Assembly: GCA_040902515.1 (NCBI GenBank)
Contig: JBBDXB010000006.1
Location: 574,017-638,016, forward strand
DNA from: Patescibacteria group bacterium
GTDB taxonomy: Bacteria > Patescibacteriota > SICC01
Reading direction: 5' to 3'
DNA length: 64,000 nucleotides
Shown: positions 30,397 through 39,504 of the stretch, one piece after another
How positions within the stretch are numbered: position 1 is the first letter of the stretch
How the letters are laid out: each line of letters begins with the position of its first letter
Made by a program: the position numbers and the translations under genes
The notes under the pieces: generated by a model
Told to the model about the DNA's origin: nothing
Seen by the model: the letters and a program-made list of their open reading frames with translations, nothing else
Databases searched by the model: none

Positions 30397-31587
30397 ATGG
30401 CGGAGCGGACGGAGCGATTGTTGCAAATCGGCGCGGGGAACATCGGCCGCGGACTGGTAGGATCCCTGGCGCACGATGCCGGCATGGAGCTTACGCTGGC
30501 GGACGTAAACCCGGACGTGATCGGCCGGCTCAACGCCGAACGGGAATATCAGGTGGTCACCGTGTCGTCCGAAGGGACGGCCGAGCAAGTGGTGGACGGC
30601 GTGCAGGCGGTGGATGTCCGGGACCGCGACGCGTTCACCAAAGCGGTCGTCGAGGCGGACGTGATCACGACGGCGGTCGGTCCCGGCGTGCTCCCGAAGC
30701 TCGGGCCGGAACTCGGCGCGGCACTGACGGAGCGGCTGCGCCGCCGCCCGGGTGCCGACATGCACGTGGTGGTGGTCGCCTGCGAGAACATCGTGGACAA
30801 TACTGACCGCCTCAAAGAGGCGGTGCTTGGTAGCGTGCCGGATGAAACGGCGAGGCAGATGGAAGACCTGGTCAGCTTCCCGAATTGCACCGTCGACCGG
30901 ATCGTCCCCGAACACCAAGCCTCGGACGAGCCGCTCGCGGTTACCGTGGAGGACTACTACCACTGGGCCGTCGACGCGGAGGCGCTCAAGCAGCCCATGG
31001 CGCACATACCTGGGCTCGTCCTCTCCCACGACCTGGAATCGCTCCAGGAGCAGAAACTCTTCACGTTGAACACCGCGCACGCACTCACCGCTTACTTCGG
31101 TGAACGAGCCGGTTATGAGTATGTCCACGAGGCGATCCAAGATCCACAGATCCGCAGCCAGGTCATGGGCGCGATGAGGGAGATCGGACCGGTGATCACC
31201 GGACGGTACGAGGCCATTACGGCCATCGATCAACGGGCGTACGCCGAGCGGACCCTGGACCGTTTCGCGAACCCGCATCTCCAGGACAGCCTGCGCCGGG
31301 TCGGGCGCGATCCGATCCGCAAGCTTGGTCGGAGCGACCGGTTGGTGCGACCGGCGGTACTCAGCCTTTCCGCGGGAGAGACCCCCGCCCATCTGGCCAG
31401 CGGCATCCATGCCGCTCTCACGTACCGCAATCCGGACGATCCGCAAGCCGCCGCGCTGGCCCAGCGGCTCGCCGACGAATCGGTCGAAAGCATCCTGGTC
31501 GACGTCAGCGAGCTCGAAGGGGGGCACCCCGTCGTCAGCATGGTGCGGGCATCGGTCGGGCTTGAACGGCTAAGCAAGGCGGCCTAG
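30397..31587 (+). CDS. mtlD: Mannitol-1-phosphate 5-dehydrogenase-like (mannitol dehydrogenase family) NAD-dependent oxidoreductase
   Basis: N-terminal [29 protein letters not shown] closely follows the MtlD pattern [44 protein letters not shown] matches IIACENMVRGTTQL. Confidence 0.7.
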   Translation: [396 protein letters not shown]

Positions 31588-31589
31588 TC

Positions 31590-33635
31590 ATGCGCAAGGT
31601 CGTCTCCTATCGCCGGAAATCGTACCCGTTCAAGCTGATGTTCGTGTTCTTGGCGCTGGCGCTGGTCGTGCCGTGGCTCACCCTGACCGGCCTCGCCGAG
31701 GCGGGCGGGCCGTTCTTCAAACTGCCGTCGAAGGAGAACTTCCATCCGACCCAGACCGTCTTCTATGATCGTCACGGCGAGAAGCTGTACCAGACCGCCG
31801 GGGCGCACCAACCGATCCCGGTGAAGCTCTCGGAGCTGCCGCGGAGCATCGTGCTGGCGACGCTGGCCGGCGAGGATGCCGATTTCTACGCCCACCGCGG
31901 CATCGACCCGCCGGCGCTGGGCCGGGCGCTCTACAAGACGCTGATCTCCAACGAGCCGCAGGGCGGCTCCACGATCACCCAGCAGCTGATCAAGAACACG
32001 TACCTGACGCCGGAACGGACCACCAGCCGGAAGCTCCGGGAGATGACGTATGCCGTCGTGCTTGAGCAGCGCTACACCAAGGATCAGATCCTCGAGCGGT
32101 ACCTCAACGAAGTGTACTACGGCCAGCAGAGCTACGGGATCGGGGACGCGGCCCGGACGTACTTCGGCAAGGACGTCTCGGAACTCACGCTGGGCGAGGC
32201 CGCGATGCTGGCCGGTCTGCCGAGCGCGCCGTCGGTCTACTCGCCGCTCGGCGGCAGGGCCGACCTTGCCAAGCAGCGCCAGAAGTACGTCCTCGACCAG
32301 ATGCAGAAACAGGGGTACATCACCCAAGAGCAGGCGGACGCCGCGTTCGACCAGGAGCTTGCCTATGCGCAGGAGGAGCAGGTCTTCCATGCTCCGCACT
32401 TCGTCTTCTACGTGAAGCAGCAACTGGCGCAATACTACGGTGAGAGCACCGTGGATTCCGGCGGCCTTAAGGTCCATACCACGCTGGACCTGGCGACCCA
32501 GCGGGCGGCGGAGGAGGAGGTCCGGCGGGGCGTCGACGGCGCCCGTCCGTACGGGGCGACCAACGGGGCGGCGGTGGTGATGGACCCGCGTTCCGGGGAG
32601 GTCCTGTCACTGGTCGGCAGTAAGGACTTCTCCGATGATTCGATCGACGGAAAGGTGAACGTGGCGACCTCGTCCCGGCAGCCCGGTTCGTCGTTCAAGC
32701 CGATCGTGTACCTGGAGGCGCTCCGGCAGGGGAAAACGGCGAGCCACGTGCTCCGGGACCGCCCGACCACGTTCGGCGGGTCATTCACGCCCCGTAACTA
32801 CGATGGCCGTTTCCGGGGCGACGTGACCATGCGCTATGCGCTCGCGAGCTCGCTGAACATCCCGGCGGTACAGTTGCTGGAACAAGTCGGCGTGGGGCCG
32901 GTGCTGGACCTGGCGCATCAGCTCGGCATTTCCACGCTGAACGAACCCGACCGTTACGGACTCTCCTTGGTACTCGGCGGCGGCGAGGTGAAACTGATCG
33001 ACATGACCGGGGCGTACTCCGTTCTGGCGGCGAACGGCGAGACGCCCGGCCGGGCCACCGTGACCAAGGTCGAGGGACCGCGCGGCGAGGTGCTCTACGA
33101 GCGCCAGCCGAAGAAGGAGCAGGTCGTCGATCCGGCGCACGCGTTCATCATCTCCAAGTGGCTTTCCGACCCGCGTGCCCGCGCGCCGGGATTCGGGACG
33201 GGTAGCGCACTCGACTTCCCGCGTCCGGCCGCGGTGAAGACCGGTACCACCAACAACTACAAGGACAACTGGACGATCGGATATACGCCCCAGCGGGTGG
33301 TCGGCGTGTGGGTCGGCAATTCGGACGGTACGCCGATGGACGGGATCTCCGGTTCGCAAGGCGCCGCCCCGATTTGGAACGCGCTGCTGACCCGGCTGGT
33401 TCGCGGCATGCCGGTGCAGGACTTCAAGCGGCCGGATAATGTGGATGAAGGGCGGGCGGGCGTCTACGCGCTTGGCGGCGGGTCACTTGAGTACTTCGTG
33501 GAGGGATCCACCAGCGCGGGACAGGATGTGCCCGAAGGGACGATCGAGCAGCAGCAGGCGCCGCCGCCGGTGAACGGCCAATACCCGTACTACTACATCG
33601 ACCGGAACGGCCAGCGGCACTGGTACTACCAGTAG
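31590..33635 (+). CDS. Class A penicillin-binding protein (bifunctional glycosyltransferase GT51 / transpeptidase)
   Basis: N-terminal TM; GT51 motifs (EDADFYAHRGID, GGSTITQQL); transpeptidase SSFKP (SxxK), SLN, KTGTT. Confidence 0.9.
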   Translation: MRKVVSYRRKSYPFKLMFVFLALALVVPWLTLTGLAEAGGPFFKLPSKENFHPTQTVFYDRHGEKLYQTAGAHQPIPVKLSELPRSIVLATLAGEDADFYAHRGIDPPALGRALYKTLISNEPQGGSTITQQLIKNTYLTPERTTSRKLREMTYAVVLEQRYTKDQILERYLNEVYYGQQSYGIGDAARTYFGKDVSELTLGEAAMLAGLPSAPSVYSPLGGRADLAKQRQKYVLDQMQKQGYITQEQADAAFDQELAYAQEEQVFHAPHFVFYVKQQLAQYYGESTVDSGGLKVHTTLDLATQRAAEEEVRRGVDGARPYGATNGAAVVMDPRSGEVLSLVGSKDFSDDSIDGKVNVATSSRQPGSSFKPIVYLEALRQGKTASHVLRDRPTTFGGSFTPRNYDGRFRGDVTMRYALASSLNIPAVQLLEQVGVGPVLDLAHQLGISTLNEPDRYGLSLVLGGGEVKLIDMTGAYSVLAANGETPGRATVTKVEGPRGEVLYERQPKKEQVVDPAHAFIISKWLSDPRARAPGFGTGSALDFPRPAAVKTGTTNNYKDNWTIGYTPQRVVGVWVGNSDGTPMDGISGSQGAAPIWNALLTRLVRGMPVQDFKRPDNVDEGRAGVYALGGGSLEYFVEGSTSAGQDVPEGTIEQQQAPPPVNGQYPYYYIDRNGQRHWYYQ

Positions 33636-33735
33636 GGCCCGCGTCCGGGAGTAATCGCCGCTCGCTTGAGGCGGGGTAGTCCCGCTGCTACGCTAACCCG
33701 TTGCAGCGGCCATTGCTGCGCCTTGCTCCAAGGCG

Positions 33736-33764
33736 TTGACTTTTTACCTGAATAATGCTATAAT
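33736..33764 (+). promoter_or_regulatory. Near-consensus sigma70-type promoter TTGACT-N17-TATAAT (extended TGc) for the Pro-rich/VirD4-like operon
   Basis: ttgact at 33736-33741, 17-nt spacer, tataat at 33759-33764, ~17 nt upstream of ATG 33782; preceded by a terminator-like hairpin ccgctgc...gcagcgg. Confidence 0.6.
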
Positions 33765-33781
33765 TTCTCGATTCGCTGGAT

Positions 33782-35023
33782 ATGAGTGACCAACACCACA
33801 AAGCCAAGATCCGTAACGCCCAAGCGCGCCATCAGTCGCAGCTGTTCGGCGATGCCGCGCAGAAGCCGTCTTCCCAGGCGGCCGATACGCAGGCGCAGCA
33901 ACGTGCGGGCCACCTGACGGAAGCGGCCCGTGCTAAGGAACGGCGCCTCTCGCAAGCCGAAGAAGCGCGGTTGGCGGCACTGCGGAAACGTAACGAAGCG
34001 GCCCGGCGCAGCCATCAGACGCAGGTACCGTCGGGGCATGCTCCCGATGTGCCTGCCCAGGCGTCGCAGCCTCAATCGAAGCCGCAGGCACGCCCCGAAT
34101 CTCACGATACGCAGCCGTCTCAGCCGGCGATGCCCCGGCGCGCACCCGCTCATCCGTTACGTCAGGTAGCCGAACGGAGCGATATGGCCGCAGCGGCGCT
34201 TGAGAACATGGAGAAGCACTTGCGGGAGCAATCCCAGCAGCCCCCGGCGCCCCAACCGCCGCAGTCCCCACCGGCACCTGCTGAACCGCGGCCGCAACCA
34301 CAGCCACCGCGCCCGGCGCCGCCACAGCCACCGGAACCGGAACCGGAGCCAGAACAGCCTCCTCGGCCGCAACAACCGCCGCAACCGCAACCCCAGCCGG
34401 CCGCACCCCCGCCCCCCCAAGGCCGTGACCGGCCGGCCCCGTCCGGCCAGCCTCGCCCGGCCCGCCGGGCACCTAGTCCGGAGGAGCTCGACCGTCTGCT
34501 CCGGCAGATGGCAGCCCGCAGCCGCACCCGCCCCGGGGCCGGTGCGCAGCAGCCGCGCCCGCCGATGTCTCCGCGCGGCATGTCCGGCGCTCCCGAGGGG
34601 AATCCGGACGCTGCTCCCGTCGAAGCTCCGCCTCCGCCGCCCGAGCTGGTCGAGCAGGAAGCGCGACAGGTCGAGAAGTCCGCGGAAATCCTGAAAGAGC
34701 TCAAGGCCCGCGAAGTCCAGGCGCAGCAGGACATCACGCCGATTCCGCAGGCCGACCAGACCCGGGCCCGGGAAGAAGCCGTCGAGGCGAACCTCCCGAT
34801 CCGTACCCAGGCGAACTCGATCGCCTCGGGGCCGCTCCATGACGCGATCGAGCAGCTTCAGGTGGCGATGCGCGCCCATGACCCGGTCGGACAAGTCCAT
34901 GGGGCGAACTCCGTCCAGCGTCAGATGCCGCACCATCCGCTCTATGATCCCGAGGCTGCCAAACCGGACGCCGCGCCGTCGGACACGCCGCCGGGTGATG
35001 CACCGCAGGAGGGGAAGCAATGA
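33782..35023 (+). CDS. Pro/Gln-rich intrinsically disordered protein (413 aa), translationally coupled to the downstream VirD4-like ATPase
   Basis: Low-complexity PQPPQPQPQPAAPPPP tracts, no TM or signal peptide; stop overlaps the next start (ATGA at 35020). Confidence 0.6.
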   Translation: MSDQHHKAKIRNAQARHQSQLFGDAAQKPSSQAADTQAQQRAGHLTEAARAKERRLSQAEEARLAALRKRNEAARRSHQTQVPSGHAPDVPAQASQPQSKPQARPESHDTQPSQPAMPRRAPAHPLRQVAERSDMAAAALENMEKHLREQSQQPPAPQPPQSPPAPAEPRPQPQPPRPAPPQPPEPEPEPEQPPRPQQPPQPQPQPAAPPPPQGRDRPAPSGQPRPARRAPSPEELDRLLRQMAARSRTRPGAGAQQPRPPMSPRGMSGAPEGNPDAAPVEAPPPPPELVEQEARQVEKSAEILKELKAREVQAQQDITPIPQADQTRAREEAVEANLPIRTQANSIASGPLHDAIEQLQVAMRAHDPVGQVHGANSVQRQMPHHPLYDPEAAKPDAAPSDTPPGDAPQEGKQ

Positions 35024-37437
35024 ACCCCAACTTGCCGGCGCGTGCCCAGCGCATGCTCGACCAGCTCTCCAAGGGCGACAAGAAGGTCGTCAAGAAGCTG
35101 GAGCGGGTACTGCTGGAGGTCCGGGTGCCGCGGCACCGGCCGAAGGAAGGTGAGCGGCAGCAGGAACTCAAGGAGCAGCTCGGCGTGGCGGAGCAGCTCT
35201 TCGCCTCGCTCCATTCGATCTACCGCGGCGGCATGACTTCCCAGCTCTTCGAACAAGACGCGATCAGTTTCGAGGTCGCCGCGCCGGGCGGCGAGATCGG
35301 CTTCTTCGTAGGCGTGCCGCTGCATCTCCAGAGCCTGGTGGAGAAGCAGATTCACGCCTACTATCCGGACGCCGAGATCACCCCGGTGCCGCTCTACAAC
35401 ATATTCGCGCGGCAGGGCTTCGTGGCGGCGACCTCACTGGCGCAGCGGAAGCAAGCCCGCTATCCGATCAAGACCTATCAGGACTTCGAAGCCGACCCGA
35501 TGGCCGGCATCGTGGGATCGCTCGCCAAGCTCGGTCCCGACGAAGGCGCGGCAATCCAGATCATGATCGCTCCGACCGGTCACCGCTGGCGGAAACAAGC
35601 GCAGTCCTACGCCCGGCAGTACGCCCAGGGGAAGTCGGGTACCGGCGGCTCGGCCTCGGGCAAGGTCTTCGGCGGCATCTTCAAGTTCGGCGGCGACCTG
35701 CTCTCCGCGGCGACGACTGATCCCAAGCAGGATGCCCAGAAGCCGGCGCAGGGCTCCGACGAACCGCGGAAGCTGACCCAAATCGAGGAGCAGATGGTCG
35801 AGAAGATCGAGACCAAGGCCGGCTCGCCGGGCTTCGAGGTGGTGATCCGGATCGTTTCCGCCGCCGCCGACAAGGGTGTCGCGGAACTCAACCTCCAGCA
35901 CCTTACCCGGTCGTTCCAGCAGTACGACGCGCCCGACCTCAACGGGTTCAAGGAGATCGTCTCGCCGGTGGCCTCGCAGGCGCGGTTGGTCACCCGGTAC
36001 GTCTTCCGTGAGCTTTCCGGAGCGGGGAAGAAGATGATCCTCGGTCCGGCGGAGCTGGCCTCGATCTGGCACCCGCCGAGCGAGGGCATCGAGACGCCGC
36101 ACGTCCGCTGGCTCGGTGCCAAGACCGCCGCGCCGCCGAGCAACATGCCGCGCGACGGCCTGCTGCTCGGCTACAACCAGTACCGTGGCCAGGCCACCGA
36201 CGTCCGTCTCAAGGAAGACGACCGCCGCCGTCACATGTACGCCGTCGGTAAGACGGGCATGGGTAAGTCGGTGTTCCTCGAGAACATGATCCTGCAGGAC
36301 ATCCGTGCCGGCCGGGGCGTGGCGGTGATCGACCCGCACGGCGACCTCGCCGAGAAGGTCCTCAGCAAGGTTCCGCGCGAGCGGGCCGAGGACGTGGTCT
36401 ACTTCGACCCCGGCGACGCGGAACGGCCGATGGCCTTCAACATGCTCGACTATGCCACGCCGGAGCAGAAGGACTTCGTGGTACAGGAGACCGTGGGCAT
36501 CTTCTACAAGCTCTTCGGCGAAGAGATGATCGGGCCGAAGTTCGAGCACTGGACGCGGAACGGCATCCTGACCCTGATGGAGGACAAGGAGACCGGCGCG
36601 GTGCTCTTCGACCTGCCGCGGCTCTTCTCCGAGCGCGAGTTCGCCGCCCAGAAGATCGCCAAGGTGAAGGATCCGGTCGTGAAGTCCTTCTGGCAGCGTG
36701 AGATGGCCCAGACCTCCGACTTCCATAAGTCGGAGATGCTCGGCTACTTCATCTCCAAGTTCGGCCGGTTCATCACCAACGAGATGATGCGGAACATCAT
36801 CGGCCAACCGAAGTCCGCGTTCGACATCCGGCAGGTGATGGACGAGGGCAAGATCCTGATCATGAACCTCGGCAAGGGCCGGGTCGGCGAGATCAACTCA
36901 TCGCTGCTCGGCATGATCGCGGTCAGTAAGATCCAGATGGCGGCGATGAGCCGGGTGGACACGCCGGAGCACAAGCGGAAGGATTTCTACCTCTACGTCG
37001 ACGAGTTCCAGAACCTCACCAACGAGGAGTCGATCCAGTCGATCCTCTCCGAGGCGCGGAAGTACCGCCTGAACCTGACGATCGCCCACCAGTACATCGC
37101 CCAGCTCGACGAAAAGGTCCGCGACGCGGTGTTCGGGAACGTCGGGACGGCGGTGAGCTTCCGGGTCGGCGCGGACGATGCCGAGTACCTCGAGAAGCAG
37201 TTCGAGCCGGTGTTCGACGCCCACGACCTCCTGAACCTCGACAAAGCCAACTGCTACGCCAAGCTGGTGATCGACGGGCTCTCCACCCGGGCGTTCAACA
37301 TGAAGACCTACTCGCCGGAGCCGGTGACGCAGGAGGATGCCGAGATCGGCGAGGCGATCCGGAAGCTCTCGCGGCTCAAGTATGGACGCGACAAACAGCT
37401 GGTCGATTACGAGATCCGGATGCGGAGCAACCTGTGA
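35020..37437 (+). CDS. VirD4/TraG/TraD-like type IV secretion coupling-protein-type ATPase (805 aa) with N-terminal domain of unknown function
   Basis: Walker A VGKTGMGKSVFLENMIL, VIDPHGDL, Walker B/TraM-recognition-like FYLYVDEFQNL, C-terminal arginine-finger-like region. No VirB-type partners nearby. Confidence 0.65.
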   Translation: MNPNLPARAQRMLDQLSKGDKKVVKKLERVLLEVRVPRHRPKEGERQQELKEQLGVAEQLFASLHSIYRGGMTSQLFEQDAISFEVAAPGGEIGFFVGVPLHLQSLVEKQIHAYYPDAEITPVPLYNIFARQGFVAATSLAQRKQARYPIKTYQDFEADPMAGIVGSLAKLGPDEGAAIQIMIAPTGHRWRKQAQSYARQYAQGKSGTGGSASGKVFGGIFKFGGDLLSAATTDPKQDAQKPAQGSDEPRKLTQIEEQMVEKIETKAGSPGFEVVIRIVSAAADKGVAELNLQHLTRSFQQYDAPDLNGFKEIVSPVASQARLVTRYVFRELSGAGKKMILGPAELASIWHPPSEGIETPHVRWLGAKTAAPPSNMPRDGLLLGYNQYRGQATDVRLKEDDRRRHMYAVGKTGMGKSVFLENMILQDIRAGRGVAVIDPHGDLAEKVLSKVPRERAEDVVYFDPGDAERPMAFNMLDYATPEQKDFVVQETVGIFYKLFGEEMIGPKFEHWTRNGILTLMEDKETGAVLFDLPRLFSEREFAAQKIAKVKDPVVKSFWQREMAQTSDFHKSEMLGYFISKFGRFITNEMMRNIIGQPKSAFDIRQVMDEGKILIMNLGKGRVGEINSSLLGMIAVSKIQMAAMSRVDTPEHKRKDFYLYVDEFQNLTNEESIQSILSEARKYRLNLTIAHQYIAQLDEKVRDAVFGNVGTAVSFRVGADDAEYLEKQFEPVFDAHDLLNLDKANCYAKLVIDGLSTRAFNMKTYSPEPVTQEDAEIGEAIRKLSRLKYGRDKQLVDYEIRMRSNL

Positions 37438-37513
37438 CCGTCGCGCCCGAAGGACCGTTTATGGTGAGTATACCCGCATGACACGTACACGCCTAGGGGC
37501 TATAATACGGCGT

Positions 37514-37942
37514 ATGACTGACGTAAGAGATATGTACAAGTTCGTCCAGTACGTTGACTCGGACGAATACAATCCTGACCCAAAACAGTTCAAGGAACCG
37601 CACGAAGCTGAGCAATACTGTGCAAAGCACTACGCAGAGAAGTTGGGGATTACGCAGTACGAAGCTACGAAAATTCTTAACAATGCCACGATCGAGAGTC
37701 GCCAGTATGCAAAGGTAATCGGCGATGATCCGCGAGGGTACAAGCTGGAGATAACTGTTGGTCCTGGCAGAACTGGCGTTCACCTTATATCAAAGACGTT
37801 TGGAATTCCGTTAGGTTTGTGGGACGAAATCCAAAAAGAATACGACACTACTACGAGAACGATTGTGAGTCTTGTTGTGGGATTACTAGGCGGCGGCAGC
37901 TTCGCTACACTCGTCATCTTTGCTTTCTCGATATTCAACTAG
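37514..37942 (+). CDS. Hypothetical small protein with C-terminal TM helix, encoded in a lower-GC island
   Basis: ORF MTDVRDMYKFVQYVDSDEYNPDP...; C-terminal IVSLVVGLLGGGSFATLVIFAFSIF; TATAAT box 8 nt upstream of ATG (possible leaderless transcript); GC content clearly below the flanks. Confidence 0.5.
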   Translation: MTDVRDMYKFVQYVDSDEYNPDPKQFKEPHEAEQYCAKHYAEKLGITQYEATKILNNATIESRQYAKVIGDDPRGYKLEITVGPGRTGVHLISKTFGIPLGLWDEIQKEYDTTTRTIVSLVVGLLGGGSFATLVIFAFSIFN

Positions 37943-37945
37943 CGA

Positions 37946-38485
37946 ATGCCTAGCTCGGTTGGTACGATAACTCCGCTAATGCCTAAGAAGAAGCCAGCCA
38001 CAGAAAAAGAGAAGACTATCATCGGGGCGGTTATCCTTGTGGTGATCTTCGTAGTAGGTACAACGGCCTGCACAGGAGTAAGCAACGATGAAAGCGATAC
38101 GAACGACACGGCAAACAATCAGACCAGTGAACCTACTAAAGAACCCCAGAAAAACGAAGAGTCTTTAGTCGATAAGGTCGAGGCAGCATTGGATAAATTG
38201 GGCGAAGGTATGAAACGCGAGCTGGCTTCAACGAGTCCTGACGGCTATCAAGGCGACATAACCAGCGTTGAACCAGCCATAGGCGATGATACCGTTAAGG
38301 TTAATGTATCGACTCGCTTTGAGGACTCAGGCGATGGAATTGATGGTGGGCAAGGCATAGCTCGCAGGATATTCAGCAATATCTGTCTTGATGTTCCAGA
38401 GCTTGGAAGTCTGTATGTAGTAAGCGGCTCTGGATTGGAAAGTAAGTCCGTATATCGCAGTCAAATACCTGGCTGTAAGCAGTAG
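37946..38485 (+). CDS. Putative lipoprotein or secreted protein (179 aa) in the lower-GC island
   Basis: N-terminal hydrophobic segment IIGAVILVVIFVVGTTAC followed by Cys (lipobox-like), acidic/Thr-rich linker. Confidence 0.5.
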   Translation: MPSSVGTITPLMPKKKPATEKEKTIIGAVILVVIFVVGTTACTGVSNDESDTNDTANNQTSEPTKEPQKNEESLVDKVEAALDKLGEGMKRELASTSPDGYQGDITSVEPAIGDDTVKVNVSTRFEDSGDGIDGGQGIARRIFSNICLDVPELGSLYVVSGSGLESKSVYRSQIPGCKQ

Positions 38486-38528
38486 TATATGAGTGTGGCA
38501 GAAAAAGAATCCAACTTCGACAAGCTGA

Positions 38529-39374
38529 TTAAACTCGCTTCGCAGCCCGTTCAATCAGGACGGGGTAAACCAGCACGTTCCGGAGGTTATAGCGGAAAAC
38601 GAACTCGTCCACGTAAGTCTGCAGGTACTTCGGGGAAACGGCGTGGTACGTCCCGTTAATCGACCGCTTTAGCTGGCTCCAAAATCCCTCAATCGAGTTC
38701 GTGTGGATATTCCCTCGGACGTATTCCTTTTCCACGTGCTTGATGATTTTCCGAGATACGGTGGTGCGCCGGTAAATCGCGCTTTCGTCCGTGTGGAGTT
38801 CCGCGTCGTCTGACACGCTGGCCTTGATGAACGGCGTGGCGTTCGTGACGTTCGCCTCGGCGACCCACGCCTTTGCCTTGCCCTTTCGTTCGGTAGCACC
38901 GATCACCGCCGTCTTGTTCGTCCACTTGTTAGCTTGTCCTTTAATCCGTCCGCCGATAAAGGTTTCATCGGCTTCAACGATACCGTCCAGCTTGTCGGCG
39001 TTCTGTTCCATGAGAAGCCTGACTTGTTTGGCGATCCGCCATGCGGTCTTGTATGTGCAACCTAGCTGGCGTTCCAGTTCCTTAGCCGATACCCCGTTCT
39101 TTGAAGTCGAGAACAGGTAGATAGCGTAGAACCAGTTTTTTAGTGGCGTGGCTGACTTGTGGAAAATAGTACCGGCCAACGGGTGCAGCTGATGACCGCA
39201 GTGCATACAGGAATACGCCTTACGCCCTTTCAGCTTGAAGAACTTGGTATCCACGACCCCGCAGCCAGGGCAGGACTTTAATGCCCCGTAGCGGTTCTGA
39301 AACACCTCGTCCAAGCACGCCTCATCTGAGGGATACTGCTTGTTGAAGTCGGCAATGGTGAATCGCTGTTTCAT
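38529..39374 (-). CDS. IS1595-family transposase (N-terminal zinc-ribbon + DDE domain)
   Basis: CPGCGVVDTKFFKLKGRKAYSCMHCGHQ zinc ribbon; WYAIYLF...GVSAKELERQLGCTYKTAWR HTH; DDE region IVEADETFIGG...HTDESAIY...SIEGFWSQLKR characteristic of ISXO2/IS1595 transposases. Confidence 0.85.
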   Translation of the reverse strand: MKQRFTIADFNKQYPSDEACLDEVFQNRYGALKSCPGCGVVDTKFFKLKGRKAYSCMHCGHQLHPLAGTIFHKSATPLKNWFYAIYLFSTSKNGVSAKELERQLGCTYKTAWRIAKQVRLLMEQNADKLDGIVEADETFIGGRIKGQANKWTNKTAVIGATERKGKAKAWVAEANVTNATPFIKASVSDDAELHTDESAIYRRTTVSRKIIKHVEKEYVRGNIHTNSIEGFWSQLKRSINGTYHAVSPKYLQTYVDEFVFRYNLRNVLVYPVLIERAAKRV

Positions 39375-39433
39375 ACTCCCAGCCTACACGAACGCATACG
39401 TGTTGTCAAGGGATAGTTACCCCGTTTATCCCC

Positions 39434-39462
39434 TTGACTTACAGTAAAAATAATGCTATAGT
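39434..39462 (+). promoter_or_regulatory. Promoter TTGACT-N17-TATAGT sharing an aataatgctata core and ctcgattc downstream box with the promoter at 33736
   Basis: ttgact 39434-39439, 17-nt spacer, tatagt 39457-39462, ~42 nt upstream of ATG 39505; homology with 33736-33781 extends beyond the hexamers. Confidence 0.55.
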
Positions 39463-39504
39463 GACTCGTTACTTTGCTCGATTCCGACACTGAAACCAAC
39501 CACC

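Larger units (their letters stand above)
37440..39433. mobile_element. Lower-GC (~45-50%) island containing two small cargo ORFs and an IS1595-family transposase, inserted between the VirD4-like gene and the next chromosomal gene; boundaries approximate
   Basis: Abrupt GC drop beginning right after the VirD4-like stop (37437) and ending upstream of the consensus promoter at 39434; transposase CDS inside. Terminal inverted repeats not confidently identified by eye. Confidence 0.5.

Noticed and set aside
38480-39480. Terminal inverted repeats of the IS1595 element
   Set aside because: Only a 9-mer (acggggtaa) was found in inverted orientation near both ends, which is too short to define boundaries confidently by eye. 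The IS ends and target duplication are left unassigned.
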